NCBI RefSeq assembly: GCF_018336915.1
Contig: NZ_CP064923.1
Location: 3,660,001-3,692,000, forward strand
Direction of reading: 5' to 3'
Length of the DNA stretch: 32,000 bases
Source of the DNA: Acaryochloris marina S15
GTDB lineage: Bacteria > Cyanobacteriota > Cyanobacteriia > Thermosynechococcales > Thermosynechococcaceae
Both the position numbers and the translations under genes were made by a program. Below, in pieces: positions 9,005 to 16,682 of this stretch. Numbering within the stretch: position 1 is the first letter of the stretch; the number at the start of each line of letters is the position of its first letter. Below the pieces are notes generated by a model that was not told where the DNA came from, searched no databases, and was given only the letters and a program-made list of their open reading frames with translations.

Positions 9005-11506
9005 CTACCACTGTTGATGAATCAACTGCATATTGTGCACCGTACAGTGGAGGATCTCCGGCTGTGCTAAGTATTCCATCAATGGACTGAGCTTCGGAAT
9101 ATTGAGGAGAAAAGCATCGTAATCGAGGGCTGTCAGTTGGCGAAGAATTTTACACCACTGAGAGTAATCAATCTGCGAAGGATGAATTTGAGGAAGCAGC
9201 CGACTTAGAGACTTGGCTCGATCGGCTTTATCGGTGAATTCAAAGGTTGCGGCCAGGGTCTGAGCCAGTAGGTCATTGGGTAGCAAGGCATTGAGGGAAT
9301 CAAGGGTTCTTTTTCTGGCTTCCCATGGACTCAATTTCAGCTCTGAGGATGTCAGTTGGGTCTTGAGAATACTTAAGACCGATGTGTACGCCTGATTACT
9401 AGGGTGCTGCTTTCTATGGGCCTGAATGTTTAATAGTAATGCTCGAGAACAGTAGGGAATGACGCTGTTAAGCATTCTCTGCTGTTTGTCTTTGCGGGTT
9501 GTCTGTTGAGCAATGCCTAAAACGTGCTGAATCTGCTCTTGGGTTAACTGAGGGGCTAACTGTTGAAATGCCAATATCTGGGTGTCTGTATCGGTGATTT
9601 GGCAAGCTGCTGTCAATGCAGCGGGAAGTAGTTTGGGGCGATATTGGCTTAAGGTCCAGTAGGCCCGAAATTGAGTATTACTATCCTGGCATTGCGAAAG
9701 CCAGTGGAGTGCCGTTGACAGAATAGACTTATCTATATTGGCAAGTTGGCAAATGGATAGAACTTTTGCAGTTAGATTTGTGAAAGCACTTATCTGATCT
9801 TTCACTTCGGTTTGGACGGATGGAGAAAGATGGGGAAAAAGAATACCCAAAGCTTGCCCCCGGTCTCGTTCGGCTGGCAAGGTGTTAATTATTTTGAGTA
9901 GCTTGGCCGTAATATTGGGTGCAGAATGATGCTTGCAGATGGGGGGAAGGACAGAGCTATAGGCCAGCGAATCTTCAAACTTTTCCAAAATATTCAAAGT
10001 GAGTTGAATCTCAACCTCACTTAAATACGGAACAATTTTGCTGAGTGCGAATGCACAAGACCGTTCGTCCTCGATGGAACACACTGTACGAAAGGTGACC
10101 GAAAGCAGGCCAGGATGGTTGGGAAGTAGGTGAAGGAGAAGCGTAGCCCTTGTGGATGAATGTTCAATAGAATTGATGACTTCCAGAACCTGAGCCTTTT
10201 GGGCATTAGAGATAGTGGGTGCAACGGCGACCAGAAATTCTGAGCAAACACTTTCTTCTATGTCATCCGTTTGGCTATTGATCAGCTGGTTCAAATAGAT
10301 GGAAGTGGTTTGGGGCCAACGAGTTACAATGCCACAGGCAGCAACCATCTCATCCGATGGGGAAAGGGTTTGAGCAATGGCAACGGTTTGATCTAAAAGG
10401 GGTGTGGGGATCTGAGCTGATATCTCCCGCAGCACAATCGCTTTGTAAAAGTCAGCCGATAAGGACGGGATGATTTTTAACAAATCCGGAAACAGCGTTG
10501 TCTCCAAGAGAGGGGCCAGCAAGCATAATAACTGAGCTTGGTGGGCAGCATTAGACTGACGCTGGATGACCGATAGGATATAGGGATGATAGGTGGTGGG
10601 CAGGGCTGGGATTAAGTCTTGTAGGACTTCAAATTGATGGTGCGAGTCTTGAATCAGTTCTAAATAGGTAATGCTTTGGGTGGGTGTCCAGATTTGTTGG
10701 CGAACAAAGGCCCCTACCAGCGGGGCCGGTAGACGAGTCACCAGACGGTGATGAGCAACGGTCATCATGGCATAGCGACATTGCAATTGAATGGCTTGCG
10801 TGGGAGATTGCTCGTATTGTTCCTCTGCCAGTTGCCACGCTAAGTTCACGTCTCGGCAGTAGAAGGCCGTATAGCCGTTGCGATCGCAAGCTTCATACCA
10901 ACCATTCGCACCAGACTCCGCTTCTTCCTGCAGGAGGATGTGGATTTCATCACAGCGGTCGGCAGCCTGCAAATGCCAGGTTAAATGGGCATGAATATAA
11001 CCATCGTCTGCCAGGGTGTGCCACAACCGTTTATGGGTGAGGGCCTGGTAGCGTTCAATCAGGGCTGCATGGACATCTCTTGCTTCGAGCTGTTTGAGCT
11101 GCAGTAAGCCGGTATAGGCGACCTGCTGTAACAAGGCGGGAAGTTGATAAATATGCTGAAAAGGACTGAGGCTGGACTGCAGCCATTGCTTTTCTATCAG
11201 GATCTGCTGATCGACCCATCGCTGTAGGAGCACTTCAGCCTCTTCCACCGGGCAGAGCCATAGGGTAGAAGCGGTTTTAGCCGTAAAAGTTGCGTTTTTG
11301 GCCAGAATACCTAACCAGGAGAATCGTTGCTCTTCTTCTGCATTCAGAGCAAAGGGCTGGGACATGTCAGACAGAGCTTGATTGGCATCAAGAGCCTGGG
11401 GCCAATCGGATACTTGCCCTGCGGCTAGCTCTTCCGCTGTAGGGTTTGGTTCATCTATGGATCCTGCCGGTGGTAAGGGAGGAAGAATAGTGTCTAAACG
11501 GCTCAC
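9005..11506 (-). CDS. STAND-like helical repeat protein (NB-ARC-type winged-helix and helical domain plus HEAT-like repeats) lacking the P-loop NTPase
   Basis: 833-aa ORF with a GTG start at 11506. Residues about 60-200 match the post-NTPase part of NB-ARC/APAF-type proteins (EEEQRFSWLGILAKNATFTAKTASTLWLCPVEEAEVLLQRWVDQQILIEK; RLWHTLADDGYIHAHLTWHLQAADRCDEIHILLQEE). The rest carries repeated helical units ending in LxxLxP-type motifs (LCLLAPLLETT, LHLLPNHPG, LGILFPHLSPS, FQQLAPQLTQE, SRLLPQIHPSQ). No GK[ST] Walker A motif occurs anywhere in the protein. Confidence 0.6.
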   Translation of the reverse strand: MSRLDTILPPLPPAGSIDEPNPTAEELAAGQVSDWPQALDANQALSDMSQPFALNAEEEQRFSWLGILAKNATFTAKTASTLWLCPVEEAEVLLQRWVDQQILIEKQWLQSSLSPFQHIYQLPALLQQVAYTGLLQLKQLEARDVHAALIERYQALTHKRLWHTLADDGYIHAHLTWHLQAADRCDEIHILLQEEAESGANGWYEACDRNGYTAFYCRDVNLAWQLAEEQYEQSPTQAIQLQCRYAMMTVAHHRLVTRLPAPLVGAFVRQQIWTPTQSITYLELIQDSHHQFEVLQDLIPALPTTYHPYILSVIQRQSNAAHQAQLLCLLAPLLETTLFPDLLKIIPSLSADFYKAIVLREISAQIPTPLLDQTVAIAQTLSPSDEMVAACGIVTRWPQTTSIYLNQLINSQTDDIEESVCSEFLVAVAPTISNAQKAQVLEVINSIEHSSTRATLLLHLLPNHPGLLSVTFRTVCSIEDERSCAFALSKIVPYLSEVEIQLTLNILEKFEDSLAYSSVLPPICKHHSAPNITAKLLKIINTLPAERDRGQALGILFPHLSPSVQTEVKDQISAFTNLTAKVLSICQLANIDKSILSTALHWLSQCQDSNTQFRAYWTLSQYRPKLLPAALTAACQITDTDTQILAFQQLAPQLTQEQIQHVLGIAQQTTRKDKQQRMLNSVIPYCSRALLLNIQAHRKQHPSNQAYTSVLSILKTQLTSSELKLSPWEARKRTLDSLNALLPNDLLAQTLAATFEFTDKADRAKSLSRLLPQIHPSQIDYSQWCKILRQLTALDYDAFLLNIPKLSPLMEYLAQPEILHCTVHNMQLIHQQW

Positions 11507-11512
11507 AAAGGC

Positions 11513-11548
11513 GAATACTAAGTTCGGAAACAGCCAAACTTAGTATTC
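11513..11548 (-). promoter_or_regulatory. 12-bp perfect stem-loop 6 nt upstream of the GTG start of the 9005..11506 gene
   Basis: GAATACTAAGTT (11513-11524) pairs with AACTTAGTATTC (11537-11548) around a 12-nt loop. On the minus-strand RNA the stem is followed by GCCTTT and then GTG. No Shine-Dalgarno sequence is visible. Confidence 0.4.
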
Positions 11549-11634
11549 CCAATGGTTTTGGCCGATGGGACAATTTGTCCCTTATCCGCCTATATCAATA
11601 GCCCTCATGCCTTGCGCCGAGAACGGATGAGGGA

Positions 11635-13149
11635 TTAAGCATCATCCTGAATCCAGGCCTCAACAATCCGAGAAGGAATGCGAATCACAGGATGCTCAAA
11701 GAGGGCTTCAATAGCGGCATCCCCCCCAGCCTGCAGGGCACGTTGAAGGCGATTTTGCAGGGAAGCATCCATTTTGACCGCGGCCTCAACGGAACGTTCG
11801 GCCTGAATCCCACCCAACTTTGATTGGGCCACAATCCCCAGAACATTCTGGACATCTGCCCGCAAAGCGGTAAAGTCCACTTCTGTCATTTGCGGCTCAA
11901 TGGGTTTGGGAGCCGGGTCTGAGTTCACCATGTTCTGGACAGCCCCGGCAATATCCATACCCGTGGTATGGCGAATCTGCTCCAGAAAAGCTGCTGCTTT
12001 CGTCGCTCCTCCCCCATTGGTCGTATCCACAACCGTGACATTCTGGACCGTCACCTCCGGCACCGTAGCCGTTAGGGTCGATAGCAACACCTCCAGTTTT
12101 TGCAATAGAAAAATATCGCGAGCACTGCTGCCTGCTTTCTGCCAGGATTCTGCGAGTCGCAATGTACCTTCTGCCTGGGCTTTACCGTCCTCAATAATCT
12201 GGGCAGCATCCCCTTGGGCTTGGGCAATGGCCCGCTTGCATTGGGCTTCGGCTGGGGCCACCACATCAGCCTGAAGCTGTTGTTCGACCTGTTTGATCCG
12301 CTCTTGCTGCACTGGAATTTCAGCTTGAATCCGGGCTAACTCCGAGGCAATGTCAGCCTCCGATTCTGCAACCACTGCCCCTCGCTTGGTTTTGGCATCC
12401 TGGAGTCGGCGTTCAGCTTCGGCGGTGGCAATACCGATGTCTCGGTCTAATCGCTTGAGAGAGGTAATTCGTTCATTTTCTGCAGATTTAATGCTGGATT
12501 CTGCCTGGGCTTCCGCTTCCGAAATCCGCGCATCCCGCTGGAGATCGGCTTGCTGTTTGCGACCAATGGAGTCTAAATAGCGCACATCATCGGAAATATT
12601 TTGAATTTGCAGGGTATCTAGGACTAAACCTAGCTGCTCTAAATCGTCTTCCGCTTCTTCCAATAGGCTTTTGGCGAAGGCAATTTTGTCTTCATTTACC
12701 TGCTCCGGGGTTAAGCTAGCCAGGACACCTCGTAGATTGCCTTCTAGGGTTTCCTTGGCAATTTGCTCAATTTCTTTTCGGCTTTTGCCCAAGAGTCGCT
12801 CAATGGCGTTATGAATGGTGGGTTCTTCCCCAGCAATCTTGATGTTAGCTACACCTTCCACTTGTAGAGGGATTCCCCCTTTGGAATAGGCATTGGCAAC
12901 TCGCAAGTCAATAATCATATTTGTGAGGTCCATGCGTAAGGCCCTCTCCAGCAGGGGATATCGACCACTACTCCCCCCTTTAACAAGGCGATACCCCACT
13001 CGTTTACCATCAGCGGTTCGTTGGCTACTACCCGCAAAAATTAAGACTTCACTCGGTTGACAGATGTAATAAAGATTACGGAAAGCTAGGACAGCTGCGC
13101 CTGTGCCCAACCCCATAACACCCAATAGGGCAACAATAATTACTTCCAT
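11635..13149 (-). CDS. flotillin family (SPFH/Band 7) protein, paralogue 3, with C-terminal extension
   Basis: An N-terminal TM helix is followed by an SPFH core (LRVANAYSKGGIPLQVEGVANIKI, ETLEGNLRGVLASLTPEQVNEDK, VRYLDSIGRKQ). Next comes an Ala/Glu/Gln-rich coiled-coil flotillin region, then about 100 extra C-terminal residues. The ATG lies 2 nt after the upstream stop, with a GGAGA sequence upstream. Confidence 0.9.
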   Translation of the reverse strand: MEVIIVALLGVMGLGTGAAVLAFRNLYYICQPSEVLIFAGSSQRTADGKRVGYRLVKGGSSGRYPLLERALRMDLTNMIIDLRVANAYSKGGIPLQVEGVANIKIAGEEPTIHNAIERLLGKSRKEIEQIAKETLEGNLRGVLASLTPEQVNEDKIAFAKSLLEEAEDDLEQLGLVLDTLQIQNISDDVRYLDSIGRKQQADLQRDARISEAEAQAESSIKSAENERITSLKRLDRDIGIATAEAERRLQDAKTKRGAVVAESEADIASELARIQAEIPVQQERIKQVEQQLQADVVAPAEAQCKRAIAQAQGDAAQIIEDGKAQAEGTLRLAESWQKAGSSARDIFLLQKLEVLLSTLTATVPEVTVQNVTVVDTTNGGGATKAAAFLEQIRHTTGMDIAGAVQNMVNSDPAPKPIEPQMTEVDFTALRADVQNVLGIVAQSKLGGIQAERSVEAAVKMDASLQNRLQRALQAGGDAAIEALFEHPVIRIPSRIVEAWIQDDA

Positions 13150-13151
13150 TA

Positions 13152-14486
13152 CTAATCTCCGTAGCTACCACTAGATTGTTTAAGAGTGCCAATAACATCA
13201 ATACCAAGGGTTTGATCTACTTGTTCAAGGAAATGGCGAACCATTTCCGGATAAGCATTGACTAAGCCAGCCAGGGACTGACCGTTGCCATTATCAATCA
13301 CATTTATTCGCTCTAAATTGACGCGGTTGGGGATGGTTGCGGCTTGTTGCAGCACCATTTCTATCTGCTGAATTAAAAAGACCTCATTGGCATGAACTCC
13401 CATTTTTGACCACACTTGGGATAACAAATCGTTGACCTGGGCTGCCGCTTTGGCATTTTCTCCTAAGCTTGCAGCGGTGCCTCTGGCTTGAAGTTCCCTA
13501 GCCTGCCGTTGGGCTTCGGCTGGAAGAACCTCATCGGCTTCTAGACGCAAGCGTTCTAAATTAGCCCGCATAGCTTGGAGTTGCTGTTCTGCTCGGGCAC
13601 GGGCTTCTTTCCCTGCCGCAATGGTCCGCTCTTCTTCCGATTTGGCCCGTTGTTCCAGTTCCGCTTTGATTTTGCGCAGCTCATTTTGTTTTTGCTGAAT
13701 AATAGCTAGAGCCTGGGTTTGGGCCACTTTCGAGCGCTGTTGGCAATCTGCTTCAATCCGCTCGGCTTCTCCCATAGCATTGGATTCAGCAATCTCGGCG
13801 TCCCGGACAACTTGAGCAATTTGCCGCCGACCAATCGAACTGAGATAGTCAACATCGTCAGCAACACTCTGAATTTTGAGAGTATCAAGCTGTAACCCTA
13901 GTTTCACCAGTTCTCTGGATACATCCTGGGCAATCCGCTCTGCAAACTGGAGCCGATCTTCATTGATTTGTTCTGGAGTCAACAGGGCGACGACACCCCG
14001 CAGGTTGCCTTCCAGGGTTTCTCTCGCCACTCGCAGTATTTCTTTGCGATCGCGATCGAGAAACCGTTCAATCGCATTTCCCACCACGTCTGGATCGCTG
14101 GAAATTTTAACATTCGCAATGGCTTGAATATCCAGCGGGGTTCCACCTTTTGAGTAAGCATTTTGGACTTCAACAGGCACCGGCATGGTGGTCATATCCA
14201 TCATTTTCACCGTTTCCAGAATGGGGATGGAAATGACCCGTCCTCCGAAGATGACGCGATAGCCAACAGTTTGCCCCTCTTTGTTTTGATGCTTACGGCC
14301 AGACAAAATCAAGATCTCATTGGGATTACAAATCCGCAAAAAGCTCTTGAGGGACCCAACAATCAGAATGACCAACACTAGGGATAGGGCAATAGCCACC
14401 ACAGGCATACCCGATCCACCTGTTTCTGCCAGCTGGTTCAGGATGGCTTCCTTCACCTTGCCGAGCAGAACAAGAACCAAGTCCAT
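13152..14486 (-). CDS. flotillin family (SPFH/Band 7) protein, paralogue 2
   Basis: It has the same SPFH and flotillin architecture (VEVQNAYSKGGTPLDIQAIANVKI, ETLEGNLRGVVALLTPEQINEDR, VDYLSSIGRRQ, long EA-rich coiled coil). The ATG lies 2 nt after the upstream stop, preceded by AAGGAGAA. Confidence 0.9.
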   Translation of the reverse strand: MDLVLVLLGKVKEAILNQLAETGGSGMPVVAIALSLVLVILIVGSLKSFLRICNPNEILILSGRKHQNKEGQTVGYRVIFGGRVISIPILETVKMMDMTTMPVPVEVQNAYSKGGTPLDIQAIANVKISSDPDVVGNAIERFLDRDRKEILRVARETLEGNLRGVVALLTPEQINEDRLQFAERIAQDVSRELVKLGLQLDTLKIQSVADDVDYLSSIGRRQIAQVVRDAEIAESNAMGEAERIEADCQQRSKVAQTQALAIIQQKQNELRKIKAELEQRAKSEEERTIAAGKEARARAEQQLQAMRANLERLRLEADEVLPAEAQRQARELQARGTAASLGENAKAAAQVNDLLSQVWSKMGVHANEVFLIQQIEMVLQQAATIPNRVNLERINVIDNGNGQSLAGLVNAYPEMVRHFLEQVDQTLGIDVIGTLKQSSGSYGD

Positions 14487-14513
14487 TTCTATTCTCCTTG
14501 GTTCTTGTTCTGC
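14465..14513 (-). promoter_or_regulatory. perfect 17-bp inverted repeat enclosing the stop codon, Shine-Dalgarno sequence and start codon at the flotillin-1/flotillin-2 junction
   Basis: GCAGAACAAGAACCAAG (14465-14481) is the exact reverse complement of CTTGGTTCTTGTTCTGC (14497-14513). On the minus-strand RNA the 15-nt loop reads GAGAATAGAAATGGA. That loop contains TAG (stop of 14489..15841) and ATG (start of 13152..14486). Confidence 0.6.
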
Positions 14514-15841
14514 GCTTTGAGGGTACCCGTGACATCAATACCGAGGGTTTGATCGACACGATCGAGGAATTGTCGCACCATTTCTGGATAGGCATTCACC
14601 AAACTCGCAATAGCTTGCCCATCACCGTTATCTATGACATTGATCCGTTCTAATTTGACCCGATTGGGAATCTCTGCTGCCTGTCGAAGCACCATCTCAA
14701 TTTGCTGAATTAAGAAGACTTCAGCAGCATCCGTGCCTGTCTCCTCCCAGACTTTGGACAACATATCGTTGACTTGGGCCGCGGCTTTGGCATTTTCCCC
14801 TAAGCTGGCTGCTTCTCCTCGGGATTGCAATTCCTTGGCCTGCCGCTGGGCTTCAGCAGGAAGAACCTCATCAGCTTCTAAACGCAACCGCTCTAAATCA
14901 GCCCGCATCGCTTGGAGTTGCTGTTCTGCCCGAGCACGGGCTTCTTTTCCAGCAGCAATAGTGCGTTCTTCTTCTGATTTAGCTCGCTGTTCTAGCTCTG
15001 CTTTAATTTTGCGTAGCGCATTTTGCTTTTCCTGAACAATGGCTAGAGCCTGGGTTTGAGCCACTTCTGACTGCTGTTGGCAGTCGGCTTCAATCCGCTC
15101 AGCTTCTCCCATGGCATTGGATTCAGCAATTTCCGCATCCCGGACAATTTGGGCAATTTGCCGTCGACCAATCGAGCTGAGATAGTCAACGTCATCAGCA
15201 ACGCTTTGAATTTTGAGGGTATCGAGCTGTAACCCTAACTTCACCAGTTCTCTGGAAACGTCTTGAGCAATCTGCTCTGCAAATCGCAGTCGGTCCTCAT
15301 TAATTTGCTCTGGCGTGAGCAGGGCCACAACGCCCCTTAAGTTCCCTTCTAAGGTTTCTCTGGCAACCCGTAAAATCTCTTTGCGATCGCGATCTAGGAA
15401 TCGCTCAATGGCATTTCCCACCACTCCTGGATCATTAGAGATTTTAACGTTGGCAATGGCTTGGATATCGAGCGGTGTACCACCCTTGGAATAGGCATTT
15501 TTGACTTCTACCGGAACAGGCATCGTGGTCATATCCATGATTTTGACGGATTCCAAGAGTGGAATCGAAATCACCCGCCCTCCAAAAATGACCCGATAGC
15601 CCACGGTTTGCCCCCCTTTGGTACGATGCTTGCGCCCCGATAAAATCAGGATTTCATTGGGGTTGCAAATTCGTAAAAAATTCTTGAGAAACCAAACCAC
15701 CAGGATGACACCAAAAATAGCCCCCGCGATCGGTACCGCTGTTGGAAGGCCAGACTCCTCCCGATTGACTCTGCTTGAAGATTCAACTTGGGCAATCAAG
15801 TGGGATTGCTCCCAGATGGGCTGGTCAACAGACTCACTCAT
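14489..15841 (-). CDS. flotillin family (SPFH/Band 7) protein, paralogue 1
   Basis: It is near-identical to 13152..14486 from FLRICNPNEILILSGRKH to the C-terminus. The track ORF starts at TTG 15901. I prefer ATG 15841 (MSESVDQPIW...) because AGGAA lies about 10 nt upstream. ATG 15868 is also possible. Confidence 0.85.
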   Translation of the reverse strand: MSESVDQPIWEQSHLIAQVESSSRVNREESGLPTAVPIAGAIFGVILVVWFLKNFLRICNPNEILILSGRKHRTKGGQTVGYRVIFGGRVISIPLLESVKIMDMTTMPVPVEVKNAYSKGGTPLDIQAIANVKISNDPGVVGNAIERFLDRDRKEILRVARETLEGNLRGVVALLTPEQINEDRLRFAEQIAQDVSRELVKLGLQLDTLKIQSVADDVDYLSSIGRRQIAQIVRDAEIAESNAMGEAERIEADCQQQSEVAQTQALAIVQEKQNALRKIKAELEQRAKSEEERTIAAGKEARARAEQQLQAMRADLERLRLEADEVLPAEAQRQAKELQSRGEAASLGENAKAAAQVNDMLSKVWEETGTDAAEVFLIQQIEMVLRQAAEIPNRVKLERINVIDNGDGQAIASLVNAYPEMVRQFLDRVDQTLGIDVTGTLKAQNKNQGE

Positions 15842-15943
15842 AGATTGAAATTTCCTGCTACTTACCATGTCAAAAAACACAACAATGTAACGACAACACA
15901 AAAACTACAATGCGCTACTAGGTATTGCTTAAAGCTCTAAAAC

Positions 15944-16585
15944 TCAGGATGCACCGCTGCCTAAGGCATCTGGCGGTTGGTTAAAGGAATCGCTAGAGAC
16001 GACCCAAACTCGGTTCTCTTGGGTGCCGACCACGACAACTTGTTCTCCAGGTTGAAATGAACTATTGCCATCGGTGAATGCCACGACTTCCAGGATGCTG
16101 CCTTTTACTTTTAAGCGGACTTTGCCTCGGGATTGGGCATCAAAGGGAACTTCAACAGTGCCCGCTAATCCCACCAAATCATCATGGCTGATCAAACTAT
16201 CAGCCTGCTGATATCGGAGGTACAGCAGTAACCCAGACATAATGGTTCCACAGATCAGACCCATGACAATCGCGAGTAGCGTAATGGCTAGAGCAGACAA
16301 CCCAGTTTGCAAGAAACTCAGTAGAATGCCGGTTAGGCCAAAAAAACAACTGCCAAAGGTCCAGAATTTAAGGCTTTTAATCAGACCCAGTAAGGGGAAC
16401 TTTCGACTTTTTGGAGAGATGGAATCGAAGGTTGATGAGGGACGAGATGTTTGATCAAAGATTTCTACATCTGAGTCAATTCCCAACTCATCTAGTTCAA
16501 ACTCAACCCCATCAATCCCACCAATAACTGCTAGAAGAACAAAAACACCGCCAATCAGAAAACAAGACCAATACAGGGTCAGCAT
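15944..16585 (-). CDS. NfeD-like / YqiJ-like membrane protein (SPFH partner)
   Basis: An N-terminal TM helix is followed by an acidic loop and then 2-3 TM helices. The C-terminus has an OB-fold-like NfeD signature (LVGLAGTVEVPFDAQSRGKVRLKVKGSILEVVAFTDG...GEQVVVVG). ATG 16585, preceded by AGGTGA 8 nt upstream, is preferred over GTG 16597. The position directly upstream of the flotillins mirrors the E. coli yqiJ-yqiK order. Confidence 0.75.
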   Translation of the reverse strand: MLTLYWSCFLIGGVFVLLAVIGGIDGVEFELDELGIDSDVEIFDQTSRPSSTFDSISPKSRKFPLLGLIKSLKFWTFGSCFFGLTGILLSFLQTGLSALAITLLAIVMGLICGTIMSGLLLYLRYQQADSLISHDDLVGLAGTVEVPFDAQSRGKVRLKVKGSILEVVAFTDGNSSFQPGEQVVVVGTQENRVWVVSSDSFNQPPDALGSGAS

Positions 16586-16682
16586 TACTGAATTCACCTA
16601 GTAGGCTATCTCAATCTTAGCTACTAGACTTCCCAATTGTCGGAAATACCAAACATTCTTAAAGGAGCAAAAAAAAATGGTA

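Larger units (their letters stand above)
13152..15682 (-). repeat. tandem duplication: two roughly 1.19-kb flotillin gene bodies (13152-14345 and 14489-15682)
   Basis: Long nucleotide runs are shared between the copies, for example GGCTAGAGCCTGGGTTTG and TTGCGATCGCGATC in both. The proteins look about nine-tenths identical by eye over some 395 aa, while the N-terminal 45-75 aa are unrelated. Confidence 0.9.

Noticed and set aside
11900-12580. Plus-strand ORFs (11900..12274, 12350..12580), the minus-strand alternative frame 12072..12266, and similar ORFs at 13876..14127, 13968..14153, 14163..14381, 14733..15035, 15461..15848
   Set aside because: They lie inside the flotillin genes, antisense or out of frame. 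Their Ser/Ala/Arg/Pro-rich translations are the usual shadow of Ala/Glu/Gln-rich coiled-coil coding sequence. They carry no motifs and no independent start context.
14046-15390. Repeated GCGATCGC-containing motifs as a possible CRISPR or other spaced repeat array
   Set aside because: The octamers are isolated HIP1 sites, and the pair at 14046 and 15383 comes from the gene duplication. There are no regularly spaced 25-40-bp repeats or unique spacers anywhere in the window.
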